From a virus (Duplodnaviria > Heunggongvirae > Uroviricota > Caudoviricetes), in IMG/VR virus record IMGVR_UViG_2563366805_000009: a stretch of DNA of 40,060 nt, one strand, 5' to 3'. Below, piece by piece: positions 18,127 through 27,931 of the stretch. The notes below the pieces were generated by a model, which saw only the letters and a program-made list of their open reading frames with translations, did no database searches and was not told the origin of the DNA. Position 1 is the first letter of the stretch. Each line of letters starts with the position of its first letter. The translations under genes were made by a program, and so were the position numbers.

Positions 18127-18777
18127 ATGAGCCTGAGTCCCGCACGGCAGCATCGCCTGCGCGTTCAGGCTGAACAGGCCGCCCGCGAGGGCGGCAGCGT
18201 TCGCCACGCGTCGGGCTATGACCTGATGCTGCTGCAACTGGCGGAAGACCGCCGCCGTCTCAAGGGCGTTCAGTCCACGGTCAAAAAAGCGGAAATCAAG
18301 GTGGAGCTGCTGCCGAAGTACGCCGCTTGGGCGGAGGGTGTCCTGGCTGCCGGAGGCGCTCAACAGGATGACGTGCTGATGTACGTGATGCTGTGGCGCA
18401 TTGATGCCGGAGATTATGCCGGGGCGCTGGAGATCGGGCGTCACGCCCTGCGTCATGGCTGGGTGATGCCGTTAGGTAACCGCAACGTGCAGACCGTGCT
18501 GGCAGAGGAAATGGCAGATGCAGCCCAGAGCGCAATGCTTGCCGCCACCGGCTTTGATGCCGATCTGTTGCTGCAGACCCTGGAGCTGACAGACGGTATG
18601 GATATGCCGGACCAGTCACGGGCGCGTCTGCATAAAGCGATTGGCGCTGTCCTGAGTGAAAGAAATCCGGCGTCTGCCCTTAATCATCTCAACCATGCGT
18701 TACAGCTCGATCCCCGCTGTGGCGTGAAAAAAGACAAACAGCAGCTGGAGCGCAGACTGCGCAATGACAGCCGCTGA
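18127..18777 (+). CDS. M: Terminase small/endonuclease subunit (P2 gpM family)
   Basis: 216 aa; LEIGRHALRHG… region resembles gpM. Confidence 0.85.
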   Translation: MSLSPARQHRLRVQAEQAAREGGSVRHASGYDLMLLQLAEDRRRLKGVQSTVKKAEIKVELLPKYAAWAEGVLAAGGAQQDDVLMYVMLWRIDAGDYAGALEIGRHALRHGWVMPLGNRNVQTVLAEEMADAAQSAMLAATGFDADLLLQTLELTDGMDMPDQSRARLHKAIGAVLSERNPASALNHLNHALQLDPRCGVKKDKQQLERRLRNDSR

Positions 18778-18872
18778 CAGAACGTGCCCCCGCGCACGGG
18801 CGGCACGGGGTGGCGAAAGGCACTGCCACATCAAAACCCCGTCCACCGCCCTCTATTTCAGGAGAAAGCAGC

Positions 18873-19337
18873 ATGAAGTTTGTTGCGCCAGAACAGGCAC
18901 CGGAACAGGCGGAAATCATCAGGAATACGCCGTTCTGGCCTGATGTGGACCTGTCGGAGTTTCGCAGTGTGATGCGCACTGACGGCACGGTGACGCAGCC
19001 GCGTTTAAAACAGGTTGCTCTGTCGGCAATTTCGGAGGTCAACGCAGAGCTGTATGAGTTTCGCAGACGCCAGCAGATGCTGGGGTATGCCTCGCTGGCA
19101 GAAGTCCCGGCGGAACAACTGGACGGCAAAAGCGAGCGCATTCAGCACTATTTCAACGCGGTTTATTGCTGGGCACGCGCCATGCTCAACGAACGTTACC
19201 AGGACTATGACGCCACGGCATCCGGTGCGAAGCGAGGCGAGGAACTGGCGGAAGCAAGCGGTGATTTATGGCGTGACGCCCGCTGGGCCATCAGCCGGGT
19301 GCAGGATGCGCCGCACTGCACAGTGGAGCTTATCTGA
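18873..19337 (+). CDS. L: Head completion/stabilisation protein (P2 gpL family)
   Basis: Start at internal ATG 18873 with GGAGAAAG RBS; 154 aa. Confidence 0.8.
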   Translation: MKFVAPEQAPEQAEIIRNTPFWPDVDLSEFRSVMRTDGTVTQPRLKQVALSAISEVNAELYEFRRRQQMLGYASLAEVPAEQLDGKSERIQHYFNAVYCWARAMLNERYQDYDATASGAKRGEELAEASGDLWRDARWAISRVQDAPHCTVELI

Positions 19338-19540
19338 TGAAAGTGCGTGCGCATCAGTATGACACGGTGGACGCACTTTGCTGGCGTCATTACGGGCGCA
19401 CGCAGGGTGTCACGGAGCAGGTACTGAAGGCAAATCCGGGGCTTGCCGAATACGGCCCCTTTTTACCTCACGGGCTGCAGGTGGAGCTGCCGGACATTCC
19501 GACAACCACCACCGTGCAGACCGTCCAGCTATGGGACTGA
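19337..19540 (+). CDS. X: Tail protein X (P2 gpX family)
   Basis: 67 aa, same size and position as P2 X. Confidence 0.8.
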   Translation: MKVRAHQYDTVDALCWRHYGRTQGVTEQVLKANPGLAEYGPFLPHGLQVELPDIPTTTTVQTVQLWD

Positions 19541-19543
19541 ATT

Positions 19544-19759
19544 ATGACGCTTGAGCGAATCAGCGCCTTTATCACGTATTGCATCGCCGTCGTGCTGGCC
19601 TGGCTGGGCGATTTGTCCATCAAGGATGCCTCAACGCTGGGCGGCCTGATGATCGGTGTGCTGATGCTGGCTATCAACTGGTACTACAAACACAAAGCCT
19701 ACCAGCTTCTGCGCGACGGGCAGATCTCGCGGGAGGACTATGAATCCATCAATCGTTAA
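19544..19759 (+). CDS. Putative holin
   Basis: 71 aa with two hydrophobic segments and charged C-terminus, immediately upstream of the lysozyme gene. Confidence 0.6.
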   Translation: MTLERISAFITYCIAVVLAWLGDLSIKDASTLGGLMIGVLMLAINWYYKHKAYQLLRDGQISREDYESINR

Positions 19760-20252
19760 ACGCTGCCTTGTCGGGGCCGTGCTGGCTATTGCTGCCACGC
19801 TGCCGGGGTTTCAGCAGCTTCACACCTCCGAGGAGGGACTGAAACTGATCGCCGATTATGAAGGCTGTCGTCTGCAGCCGTATCAGTGCAGCGCGGGTGT
19901 CTGGACCGACGGCATTGGTAATACGTCGGGCGTCATTCCCGGCAAAATTATTACGGAACGACAGGCAGCTGAAGGGCTGATCTCCAACGTGCTACGAGTG
20001 GAGCGGGCGCTGGAAAGGTGTGTGAAGCAACAGCCGCCGCAGAAGGTGTATGACGCTACGGTGTCGTTTGCCTTCAACGTGGGGACGGGCAATGCCTGTA
20101 GTTCCACGCTGGTGAAATTGCTCAATCAGCGGCGCTGGGCGGATGCATGCCGACAGTTGCCGCGCTGGGTTTATGTGAAAGGTGTTTTTAATCAGGGGCT
20201 GGATAACCGCCGTGCGCGGGAGATGGCCTGGTGTTTACAGGGAGCAAACTGA
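19740..20252 (+). CDS. K: Endolysin, phage lysozyme (GH24-like) with N-terminal signal-anchor
   Basis: 170 aa; …EGCRLQPYQCSAGVWTDGIGNT… catalytic region of T4-lysozyme-like enzymes; hydrophobic N-terminus. Confidence 0.85.
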   Translation: MNPSIVKRCLVGAVLAIAATLPGFQQLHTSEEGLKLIADYEGCRLQPYQCSAGVWTDGIGNTSGVIPGKIITERQAAEGLISNVLRVERALERCVKQQPPQKVYDATVSFAFNVGTGNACSSTLVKLLNQRRWADACRQLPRWVYVKGVFNQGLDNRRAREMAWCLQGAN

Positions 20253-20253
20253 A

Positions 20254-20631
20254 ATGAAAAAGAAATTAATCAGCGGACTGTTTCTGATGTTATGGATGGC
20301 GCTGTTAATCGCAGCAATGGTGTATCCGCAGAGGATTTTTCCGGTACTGGCAGCGTCCGGCGTTTGGGTAGCCTGTTTGCTGACATGGGCGGTAATTCCG
20401 GTAGCACTGGCTGCGTTAATTAAGAATGGCCCGCTCTGGCAGGAGTTAAGGGCATCTTTGCTGAAGACAATTACCCGAAAAGAAAACGTATTTACCAGTT
20501 GGGTGATGCGATTGCTGATTGTTGTAAGTCTCGCCTGGACGGGGTGGGCTATTACCCTGGTCTTTTATCTACTGACCGTTATTGCCTTCTGGATCACCCG
20601 TAATCAGATGGCGCAACAGGTAGCAGCATGA
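20254..20631 (+). CDS. Lysis-associated membrane protein (LysA-like)
   Basis: 125 aa from internal ATG 20254; four hydrophobic segments. Confidence 0.55.
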   Translation: MKKKLISGLFLMLWMALLIAAMVYPQRIFPVLAASGVWVACLLTWAVIPVALAALIKNGPLWQELRASLLKTITRKENVFTSWVMRLLIVVSLAWTGWAITLVFYLLTVIAFWITRNQMAQQVAA

Positions 20632-21056
20632 ACCGGTTGCTGCTGGTTGTGCTGACGTTATTACTGGCGGCGCTGGGCTGGCAGACGTGGCGGCTGGCTG
20701 ATGCCAGCCAGACCATCAGCACGCAGGCAGACGAGCTGCAGAGCAAAAGCCAGGCACTGGCAAAGAGCAATAGCCAGCTTATCAGCCTGTCCATTCTGAC
20801 TGAAACCAATAACCGGGAGCAGGCGCGGCTCTATGCCGAAGCAGAACAGACCAGCACGCTGCTGAGACAACGACAACACCGGATCGAGGAACTGAAACGT
20901 GAGAACGAGGATTTACGCCGCTGGGCTGATACTCCTTTGCCTGCTGACATTATCCGGCTGCGGAAACGTCCGGCACTCACCGGAGGTATGGCTTACCGTC
21001 AGTGGTTGTCCGCGAGTGACGCCGTGTCGGCTGGATCAGGCAACGCCGCGCACTAA
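20628..21056 (+). CDS. lysB: LysB, Rz-like i-spanin
   Basis: 142 aa, N-terminal TM then coiled coil; contains the embedded LysC frame. Confidence 0.7.
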   Translation: MNRLLLVVLTLLLAALGWQTWRLADASQTISTQADELQSKSQALAKSNSQLISLSILTETNNREQARLYAEAEQTSTLLRQRQHRIEELKRENEDLRRWADTPLPADIIRLRKRPALTGGMAYRQWLSASDAVSAGSGNAAH

Positions 21057-21189
21057 CGGTGATCTGAACGCGTTGCTGGATGAAACGGAGGCCGCCTGGG
21101 CGGTCTGTGCAGACAAAGTGGACATGATTATTGCGTGTCAGGAGCGAAACAGTGAACAAACCACAATCCCTGCGCCACGCCCTCAATAA
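20899..21189 (+). CDS. lysC: LysC, Rz1-like o-spanin lipoprotein (overlapping lysB in another frame)
   Basis: GTG start with GAGGA RBS; lipobox LSGC; Pro-rich; overlaps lysB 3' half. Confidence 0.6.
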   Translation: MRTRIYAAGLILLCLLTLSGCGNVRHSPEVWLTVSGCPRVTPCRLDQATPRTNGDLNALLDETEAAWAVCADKVDMIIACQERNSEQTTIPAPRPQ

Positions 21190-21583
21190 AGCGGTGCCTT
21201 ATGTCCGCAATAACCCGGACAAACTGCATCTGTTTGTGGATAACGGTTCGCTGGTTGCCACGGGGGCCAGCTCCATGTCGTGGGAGTACCGTTACACACT
21301 GAACGCGGTGATTGAGGATTTCAGCGGCGACCAGAATCTGCTGATGGCCCCGGTTTTGCTGTGGCTGAGGGATAACCAGCCCGATGCCATCAATAACCCG
21401 GCGTTACGGGAAAAGCTATTCACCTTTGAGGTGGATATTCTGCGCAACGATGTCTGTGATATCAGCCTGAACCTGCAACTGACGGAACGTGTGCTGGTCA
21501 GCACTGACGGCAGTGTGTCGAGCGTTGAAGCTATAGCGGAACCTGATGCACCAGAAGAAATGTGGACGGTGAAACGTGGCTGA
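21152..21583 (+). CDS. R: Tail completion protein R (P2 gpR family)
   Basis: ORF track start 21131 (TTG); GTG 21152 preferred, AGGAGCG RBS upstream; …LHLFVDNGS… as in gpR. Confidence 0.7.
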   Translation: MNKPQSLRHALNKAVPYVRNNPDKLHLFVDNGSLVATGASSMSWEYRYTLNAVIEDFSGDQNLLMAPVLLWLRDNQPDAINNPALREKLFTFEVDILRNDVCDISLNLQLTERVLVSTDGSVSSVEAIAEPDAPEEMWTVKRG

Positions 21584-22022
21584 ACTGCAGAAGGTGGACG
21601 ACTGGCTGAGTGCCTTGCTGGCGAATCTGGAACCAGCCTCGAGAAGCCGCATGATGCGCCAGCTGGCGCAGGAACTTCGCCGGACACAGCAGCAGAATAT
21701 CAGGATGCAGCGCAACCCTGACGGCAGCGGCTATGAACCGCGACGGGTAACAGCACGCAGTAAAAAAGGCCGTATCAAACGTCAGATGTTTGCAAAGCTG
21801 CGCACCACAAAATACCTGAAAACTGCCGCCAGCACCGACTCTGCCAGCGTGCAGTTTGAAGGCAAGGTGCAGCGCATTGCCCGCATTCACCATTACGGCC
21901 TGCGAGATCGCGTCAGTCGTAAGGGACCGGAGGTGCGTTACGCAGAGCGTCGCCTTCTGGGTGTAAATGATGATGTTGAGGCAATGACCCGCGACATGAT
22001 TCTGCAATGGCTGGCGGGGTGA
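21576..22022 (+). CDS. S: Tail completion / virion morphogenesis protein S (P2 gpS family)
   Basis: 148 aa, position and size. Confidence 0.8.
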   Translation: MAELQKVDDWLSALLANLEPASRSRMMRQLAQELRRTQQQNIRMQRNPDGSGYEPRRVTARSKKGRIKRQMFAKLRTTKYLKTAASTDSASVQFEGKVQRIARIHHYGLRDRVSRKGPEVRYAERRLLGVNDDVEAMTRDMILQWLAG

Positions 22023-22026
22023 TCTT

Positions 22027-22044
22027 TGTATCAGCACTGATACA
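22027..22044. promoter_or_regulatory. Ogr/Delta activator site TGT-N12-ACA of late promoter upstream of V
   Basis: TGTATCAGCACTGATACA, nearly perfect palindrome, upstream of V start 22091. Confidence 0.45.
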
Positions 22045-22090
22045 AGTTGCAGCACTGCCGCCTTTCTTCCCCTGATGGCAACCTTTCCCT

Positions 22091-22669
22091 ATGAACGCAC
22101 AATTAACCGAAATCATGCGCCTTATCACCAACCTGATCCGCACAGGGGTAGTCACCGAAGTGGACAGGGAAAACTGGCTTTGCCGGGTGAAAACGGGCGA
22201 CCTTGAAACCAACTGGATTAACTGGCTGACGCTGCGCGCGGGTAATGCCCGGACATGGTGGCGACCATCGGAAGGTGAGCAGGTGGTGCTACTGAGTCTG
22301 GGCGGCAATCTGGAAACAGCCTTTGCGCTGCCCGCCATCTATTCGAATCAGTTCGCGCCACCGTCGACGTCGGCAGACGCCTGCGTGACAGAACATCCTG
22401 ACGGTGGCTGGTTTGAATACGAACCTGCCACCGGGCGTTGGTATGTAAGGGGCATCAAATCAATGGTCATTGAGGCCGCTGACAACATCACCATGAAAAC
22501 CAGTGAGTTTGTACTGGAGGCTGACCACACGCGCATTAACAGCGAAGTGGTGATCAATGGTGGCGTTACCCAGGGCGGCGGAGTGATGAGTTCTAACGGG
22601 ATTGTGGTTGATGCACATCAGCATACTGGCGTCCTGAAAGGCGGCGACACAACCGGAGGCCCGGTATGA
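22091..22669 (+). CDS. V: Baseplate spike/assembly protein V
   Basis: 192 aa; Gly-rich C-terminus; position. Confidence 0.85.
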   Translation: MNAQLTEIMRLITNLIRTGVVTEVDRENWLCRVKTGDLETNWINWLTLRAGNARTWWRPSEGEQVVLLSLGGNLETAFALPAIYSNQFAPPSTSADACVTEHPDGGWFEYEPATGRWYVRGIKSMVIEAADNITMKTSEFVLEADHTRINSEVVINGGVTQGGGVMSSNGIVVDAHQHTGVLKGGDTTGGPV

Positions 22670-23025
22670 CGCTTTATAGCGGGATGAACAATACCAGCGG
22701 TAAAGCCATTACTGATATTGACCATCTGCGCCAGTCGGTGCGGGACATTTTGCTGACGCCGCAGGGTAGCCGCATTGCCCGTCGGGAATATGGTTCCCTG
22801 CTGTCGGCACTGATAGACCAGCCACAAAATCCGGCATTACGCCTGCAGGTCATGTCGGCAGTGTATGTGGCGCTGAGTCGCTGGGAGCCACGGCTGACGC
22901 TGGATTCCATCACCATCAACAGCAACTTTGACGGTTCTATGGTGGTGGAGCTGACCGGGCGGCGGAATAACGGTGTGCCTGTGTCCCTTTCCGTATCAAC
23001 AGGAGCAGAGAATGGCAATGATTGA
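22666..23025 (+). CDS. W: Baseplate protein W (GPW/gp25 family)
   Basis: 119 aa, position. Confidence 0.85.
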   Translation: MTLYSGMNNTSGKAITDIDHLRQSVRDILLTPQGSRIARREYGSLLSALIDQPQNPALRLQVMSAVYVALSRWEPRLTLDSITINSNFDGSMVVELTGRRNNGVPVSLSVSTGAENGND

Positions 23026-23920
23026 CCTTTCGCAGTTGCCTGCACCGCAGATTGTGGATGTGCCGGACTTTGAGACGCTGCTTGCCGAACGCAAGGCAGA
23101 ATTTGTGGCGCTTCATCCGAAAGATGAGCAGGAAGCCGTGATCCGCACGCTGGAACTGGAATCTGAACCCGTCACTAAATTGTTGCAGGAGAACGCTTAC
23201 CGTGAGTTGCTTCTGCGCCAGCGCATTAACGAAGCCGCACAGGCGGTGATGGTGGCTTACGCGATGGGCGGCGATCTTGACCAGCTCGCTGCCAACTACA
23301 ACGTGACACGCCTGACGGTGACGCCTGCTGATAATGATGCTGTGCCGCCCGTTGCAGCTGTGATGGAAAGCGATGAAGCGTTACGCCTGCGTGTGCCTGC
23401 AGCCTTTGAAGGGCTTTCTGTTGCGGGGCCAACTGCAGCTTATGAATTTCATGCCCGAAGCGCCGACGGTAGGGTGGCGGATGCCAGTGCAACCAGCCCG
23501 GCACCTGCAGAGGTGGTGCTGACTGTCCTTAGCCGCGAAGGCGATGGAACTGCAGAAAAAGACCTGCTGGACGTGGTGGAAAAAGCTCTGAACAGTGAGA
23601 ACGTCCGCCCGGTGGCTGACCGTCTGACGGTTCGCAGCGCAGAAATCATCCCGTATCGCGTGGAAGCCACCATTTTTCTCTATCCGGGACCGGAAGCAGA
23701 GCCGGTAATGGCAGCGGCAAAAGCCAGCCTGCAGAAGTACATCGCCAGTCAGACGCGTCTTGGTCGGGATATTCGCCGTAGCGCCATCTTTGCCGCCCTG
23801 CATGTTGAGGGTGTGCAGCGTGTGGAGCTGGCTTCTCCTCTGGCGGATGTGGTCCTGAACAAAACACAGGCGGCATCATGTACGCAGTGGAGCGTAACCA
23901 ACGGAGGAACGGATGAATAG
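23012..23920 (+). CDS. J: Baseplate protein J
   Basis: Internal ATG 23012 with AGGAGCAGAG RBS; 302 aa as P2 J. Confidence 0.85.
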   Translation: MAMIDLSQLPAPQIVDVPDFETLLAERKAEFVALHPKDEQEAVIRTLELESEPVTKLLQENAYRELLLRQRINEAAQAVMVAYAMGGDLDQLAANYNVTRLTVTPADNDAVPPVAAVMESDEALRLRVPAAFEGLSVAGPTAAYEFHARSADGRVADASATSPAPAEVVLTVLSREGDGTAEKDLLDVVEKALNSENVRPVADRLTVRSAEIIPYRVEATIFLYPGPEAEPVMAAAKASLQKYIASQTRLGRDIRRSAIFAALHVEGVQRVELASPLADVVLNKTQAASCTQWSVTNGGTDE

Positions 23921-24518
23921 TCTGCTGCCACGGGGTTCAACTTCACTGGAGCGCCGACTGGCGCAAACCTGTAGCGGGATTTCTGATCTGCAGGTGCCGC
24001 TGCGTGACTTGTGGAATCCGGCTACCTGTCCGGTCAGCTTCCTGCCTTATCTCGCCTGGGCGTTCTCTGTGGATCGCTGGGACGAGGGCTGGACAGAAAG
24101 CGTCAAACGCCAGGTAGTGAAGGATGCTTTTTATATTCATCAGCATAAAGGAACCACCAGTGCCGTGCGGCGGGTGGTGGAACCGTTCGGATTCCTGATC
24201 CGCATTATTGAGTGGTGGCAAACCGGAGAGGCTCCGGGCACGTTTCGCCTGGATATCGGCGTGCAGGACCAGGGCATCACTGAAGATACCTATCTGGAAC
24301 TTGAGCGACTGATAAGCGATGCCAAACCATGTAGCCGCCACATGATCGGCATGTCCATCAATCTGCAGACCAGCGGCCCGCATTGGGTGGGAGCCGCCAG
24401 CTATCTTGGCGAAGAAATCACGATCTATCCGTATATCAACGAAACAATTATTTCTGGCGGCACCGCGCATGAAGGCGGGGCGGTCCATGTTATTGACACA
24501 ATGAGAGTGAATCCATGA
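23913..24518 (+). CDS. I: Tail/baseplate protein I
   Basis: 201 aa, position between J and H. Confidence 0.8.
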   Translation: MNSLLPRGSTSLERRLAQTCSGISDLQVPLRDLWNPATCPVSFLPYLAWAFSVDRWDEGWTESVKRQVVKDAFYIHQHKGTTSAVRRVVEPFGFLIRIIEWWQTGEAPGTFRLDIGVQDQGITEDTYLELERLISDAKPCSRHMIGMSINLQTSGPHWVGAASYLGEEITIYPYINETIISGGTAHEGGAVHVIDTMRVNP

Positions 24519-25897
24519 GCACAAAATTTTATACCCTGCTGACGGATATTGGCGCGGCGAAACTTGTCAGCGCCGCCGCGCTCGGTGTGCCGCTAAAAAT
24601 TACCCATATGGCGGTGGGCGATGGTGGCGGAACATTGCCGACGCCGGACGCAAAGCAGAGTGCACTGGTAAATGAGAAACGTCGGGCTGCGCTGAATATG
24701 CTCTATATCGACCCACAGAACAGCAGCCAGATTATTGCTGAACAGGTGATCCCTGAAAACGAGGGCGGTTGGTGGATACGTGAAGTGGGCCTGTTTGATG
24801 AGTCAGGGGCATTGATTGCCGTGGGCAACTGCCCGGAAAGCTATAAGCCGCAACTGGCTGAAGGCAGCGGGCGTACCCAGACCGTGCGCATGGTGCTGAT
24901 TACCAGCAGCACGGACAATATCACCCTGAAAATCGACCCTGCTGTAGTGCTGGCAACCCGCAAGTATGTGGATGACAAGGCACTGGAGCTGAAGGTGTAC
25001 GCGGATGATCAGATGGCAAAACATCTTGCCGCACCGGACCCGCATTCACAGTATGCAGCCAAAGAAAGTCCTACGTTTACCGGGACACCCAAAGCGCCAA
25101 CGCCAGCGACGGGGAATAACACCACGCAGGTTGCGACCACCGCATTTGTTCAGGCGGCACTGACGGCTCTTATTAATGATGCGCCAGCCACGCTGGACAC
25201 GCTGAAAGAAATAGCCGTAGCCATTAACAATGATCCGAAATTCAGTACCACCATTAACAATGCGCTGGCACTGAAAGCGCCGCTGTCGAGTCCGGCACTC
25301 ACCGGAACGCCAACCGCACCGACTGCGGCACAGTCGGTCAACAATACACAGATTGCCACCACGGCATTTGTGAAATCGGCGATTGCGGCAATGGTGGGTT
25401 CTGCACCTGCGGCACTGGATACACTGAACGAACTGGCGGCGGCGCTGGGGAATGACCCGAACTTTGCCACGACAATGCTTAATGCACTGGCAGGTAAACA
25501 ACCGCTGGACAATACGCTGACTCATTTGAGTGGAAAGGATGTTGCTAGTCTTCTCGCATACCTTGGTTTGGGAGAAGCGGCAAAACGGAATGTGGGAACA
25601 GGGGAAAATCAGATACCTGATATGTCATCATATGCATCAGGTTCAGGCTGGCGAAAAATGCCAGATGGTTCAATTGAACAGTGGGGACGAATTAGTTTTC
25701 CTGGTGAACACGGGCCTGTATCCGCCAATGTTTCATTCCCGATTCCATTTACACAGACACCTGGCATTGTAATTGTGTGCGATGGTGGTTTCGGGGGCGG
25801 GAATATGTGGGGGGCGACCAACTGGAGCACTACCGGCTTCATAGCTCACTGCAATTATGGTCTTGAAGGTGGTGCGTTTTTCGCTAAGGGCTGGTAA
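24515..25897 (+). CDS. H: Tail fibre protein H: constant N-terminal part fused to the currently expressed variable C-terminal segment (25565..25897)
   Basis: 460 aa; conserved N-terminus [17 protein letters not shown]…; repeats …TTAFV…; crossover site lies inside the gene at 25551..25576. Confidence 0.85.
   Translation: MSTKFYTLLTDIGAAKLVSAAALGVPLKITHMAVGDGGGTLPTPDAKQSALVNEKRRAALNMLYIDPQNSSQIIAEQVIPENEGGWWIREVGLFDESGALIAVGNCPESYKPQLAEGSGRTQTVRMVLITSSTDNITLKIDPAVVLATRKYVDDKALELKVYADDQMAKHLAAPDPHSQYAAKESPTFTGTPKAPTPATGNNTTQVATTAFVQAALTALINDAPATLDTLKEIAVAINNDPKFSTTINNALALKAPLSSPALTGTPTAPTAAQSVNNTQIATTAFVKSAIAAMVGSAPAALDTLNELAAALGNDPNFATTMLNALAGKQPLDNTLTHLSGKDVASLLAYLGLGEAAKRNVGTGENQIPDMSSYASGSGWRKMPDGSIEQWGRISFPGEHGPVSANVSFPIPFTQTPGIVIVCDGGFGGGNMWGATNWSTTGFIAHCNYGLEGGAFFAKGW
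25551..25576. other. Invertase crossover site (left, inside H): TTCTCGCATACC-TT-GGTTTGGGAGAA
   Basis: 26-bp imperfect dyad with central dinucleotide, resembling hix/gix/cix/pix sites (…AAACC-NN-GGTTT…); marks the left end of the mirror symmetry. Confidence 0.55.
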
Positions 25898-26340
25898 TGA
25901 TGAAATATCTGTACGTAAACAACCTGGCATATCCTTACGAACTTCAGTCTCTTTATGTTGAAAAAGGTGAATGGCCTGAAGAAAAAGGTGTTGATATAGA
26001 CGAAGTAATTTTCAGGGAATATTTCTATGACACACCACCAGAAGGAAAATACAGATGTGTTGGAGAAGATGGACTGCCTGCATGGGCAGATATTCCTCCA
26101 CCAACACGTGAAGAACAAATTGCATCAGCCGAAACTAAAAAGCAGCAATTGATTAATCAGGCCAACGATTATATGAACAGTAGACAATGGGTTGGTAAAG
26201 CGGCTATTGGTCGTCTGAAAGGTGAGGAACTGGCGCAATATAATTTGTGGCTGGATTATCTGGACGCACTGGAGCTGGTCGATACTTCCGGTGCACCAGA
26301 TATTGAATGGCCTACGCCTCCGGCAGTTCAGGCCAGATGA
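25897..26340 (+). CDS. Tail fibre assembly protein (Tfa) for the expressed fibre tip
   Basis: 147 aa directly after H stop (ATGATGAAA overlapping); size and C-terminal conservation typical of Tfa. Confidence 0.75.
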   Translation: MMKYLYVNNLAYPYELQSLYVEKGEWPEEKGVDIDEVIFREYFYDTPPEGKYRCVGEDGLPAWADIPPPTREEQIASAETKKQQLINQANDYMNSRQWVGKAAIGRLKGEELAQYNLWLDYLDALELVDTSGAPDIEWPTPPAVQAR

Positions 26341-26914
26341 CATCCGGCGCGGTGCTGGTATCTGTTGCCGTCACCGCGTCAATGTAATCCAGCACGGCGT
26401 TAAGGCGGGTTGTTTCTGCCTGCGTCAGCTTCCGTCCGGCCTGTAATTTCAGTTGAATCAGACTGATGGAGGCCATTGCAGTATCAATCAGCGACTGGCG
26501 CTGTGCTTCTGCTGCATCTACTGCTGCGCCGTGCTGTGCCTCAGTATCGGTCACCCATTTCTCACCATCCCATTTATCGTATGGCGTTAACGGGGCGATA
26601 GTGGTTGTATTTTCAGGGTAATCACCCGGAGTTGTGATTTCTTTGGCTTCTCCCGTTTCGGTGTTATAGACGATTTCACCGCGATGGTCTGGCACATATT
26701 CCCATGAGTTAAAATCTGCAGAACGGCAGATAGCATAACCAGCCTTATATGTGCCTGGTGAATCTAAACAGGAATATGCCGGGATACCAACACCAACGGC
26801 AAGATATTCATTTGAAGTGGAAATATATTCCCGTATTTCACCATCATAGTTATAGACGGTAATATTCCCTGCCTTCGTGGCAATAATCTCGCTATTTAAT
26901 ACAGCGTTATCCAT
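26312..26914 (-). CDS. Tail fibre assembly protein (Tfa) of the alternative fibre
   Basis: 200 aa, convergent with the other tfa; follows the alternative fibre tip on the minus strand. Confidence 0.75.
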   Translation of the reverse strand: MDNAVLNSEIIATKAGNITVYNYDGEIREYISTSNEYLAVGVGIPAYSCLDSPGTYKAGYAICRSADFNSWEYVPDHRGEIVYNTETGEAKEITTPGDYPENTTTIAPLTPYDKWDGEKWVTDTEAQHGAAVDAAEAQRQSLIDTAMASISLIQLKLQAGRKLTQAETTRLNAVLDYIDAVTATDTSTAPDVIWPELPEA

Positions 26915-27393
26915 TATGCAGCCCTCACAATATAATTAAAGGCAATGTTACGTGGGCGGTTCTCATTTGCGGTTGGGACAACGGCTGAAGCATTAAAATT
27001 CGCATACAGGGAGCGTTGATACCCGGATGCTGATGCACCACTTAATGCGGGAGCTTTTGACTCCGAAGCCGAAAAGGCCCCTGACACGTATCCTAATAAC
27101 CCTTGTGAATCGCCAATTGAACTGTAGCCAACCACCCCGGTAATGTTTCGGATAGCATCTCCTTGTGCTGAAAGCAGAGTTCGCCCACTATCCACTCCCT
27201 TTCCACCATCCCAGCCACGAATAAACTCACCGCGTAAATCAGGCAATTTTAACGTCGGGTAAGCCTTTGCCAGATTAGGGTAATCTTCAGCAGAAAAAGC
27301 CGCACCGTTGCATTTCAGCCAGCCTGTTGGCGGTGTGGCTGAAGGCCATGGAACAGGCACACCAACAGGCAGCGCAGAGCCTTCCCCTAAACC
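26914..27393 (-). CDS. Alternative tail-fibre C-terminal segment (promoterless; becomes fused to H after inversion)
   Basis: In frame from the crossover core (…GLGE-GSALPVGVPVPWP…); the ORF-track N-terminal extension (MHFSQPVGG…) is antisense of the copy-2 coding sequence and is not considered real. Confidence 0.6.
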   Translation of the reverse strand, partial: GLGEGSALPVGVPVPWPSATPPTGWLKCNGAAFSAEDYPNLAKAYPTLKLPDLRGEFIRGWDGGKGVDSGRTLLSAQGDAIRNITGVVGYSSIGDSQGLLGYVSGAFSASESKAPALSGASASGYQRSLYANFNASAVVPTANENRPRNIAFNYIVRAA

Positions 27394-27407
27394 AACGTTT
27401 AAGAAAA
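27382..27407. other. Invertase crossover site (centre 1): TTCCCCTAAACC-AA-CGTTTAAGAAAA
   Basis: Outer half identical to the pin-proximal site's outer half; inverted relative to the left site. Confidence 0.5.
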
Positions 27408-27437
27408 TGCAGAGGTGTGGAAAGGATGTTGCTAGTC

Positions 27438-27463
27438 TTCTCGCATACCTTGGTTTAGGGGAA
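27438..27463. other. Invertase crossover site (centre 2): TTCTCGCATACC-TT-GGTTTAGGGGAA
   Basis: Outer half identical to the H-internal site's outer half; direct repeat of the left site, 1887 bp downstream. Confidence 0.5.
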
Positions 27464-27931
27464 GGCTCTGCGCTGCCTGTTGGTGTGCCTGTTCCATGGC
27501 CTTCAGCCACACCGCCAACAGGCTGGCTGAAATGCAACGGTGCGGCTTTTTCTGCTGAAGATTACCCTAATCTGGCAAAGGCTTACCCGACGTTAAAATT
27601 GCCTGATTTACGCGGTGAGTTTATTCGTGGCTGGGATGGTGGAAAGGGAGTGGATAGTGGGCGAACTCTGCTTTCAGCACAAGGAGATGCTATCCGAAAC
27701 ATTACCGGGGTGGTTGGCTACAGTTCAATTGGCGATTCACAAGGGTTATTAGGATACGTGTCAGGGGCCTTTTCGGCTTCGGAGTCAAAAGCTCCCGCAT
27801 TAAGTGGTGCATCAGCATCCGGGTATCAACGCTCCCTGTATGCGAATTTTAATGCTTCAGCCGTTGTCCCAACCGCAAATGAGAACCGCCCACGTAACAT
27901 TGCCTTTAATTATATTGTGAGGGCTGCATAA
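27452..27931 (+). CDS. Second copy of alternative tail-fibre C-terminal segment, preceded by a 31-bp fragment of the H constant region
   Basis: Identical protein to the 26914..27393 segment; ORF-track start 27308 is an antisense artefact. Confidence 0.55.
   Translation, partial: GLGEGSALPVGVPVPWPSATPPTGWLKCNGAAFSAEDYPNLAKAYPTLKLPDLRGEFIRGWDGGKGVDSGRTLLSAQGDAIRNITGVVGYSSIGDSQGLLGYVSGAFSASESKAPALSGASASGYQRSLYANFNASAVVPTANENRPRNIAFNYIVRAA

Noticed and set aside
25046-25525. 159-aa Cys/Arg-rich minus-strand ORF inside the tail-fibre gene
   Set aside because: Antisense to the repeat-rich constant region of H; composition indicates a non-coding frame.
27308-27451. N-terminal extension (MHFSQPVGGVAEGHGTGT…) shared by the two mirrored 207-aa ORFs 26914..27537 and 27308..27931
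   Set aside because: This peptide is the antisense translation of the other copy's fibre-tip coding sequence across the palindrome centre; real coding starts in frame at the crossover core and depends on fusion to H.
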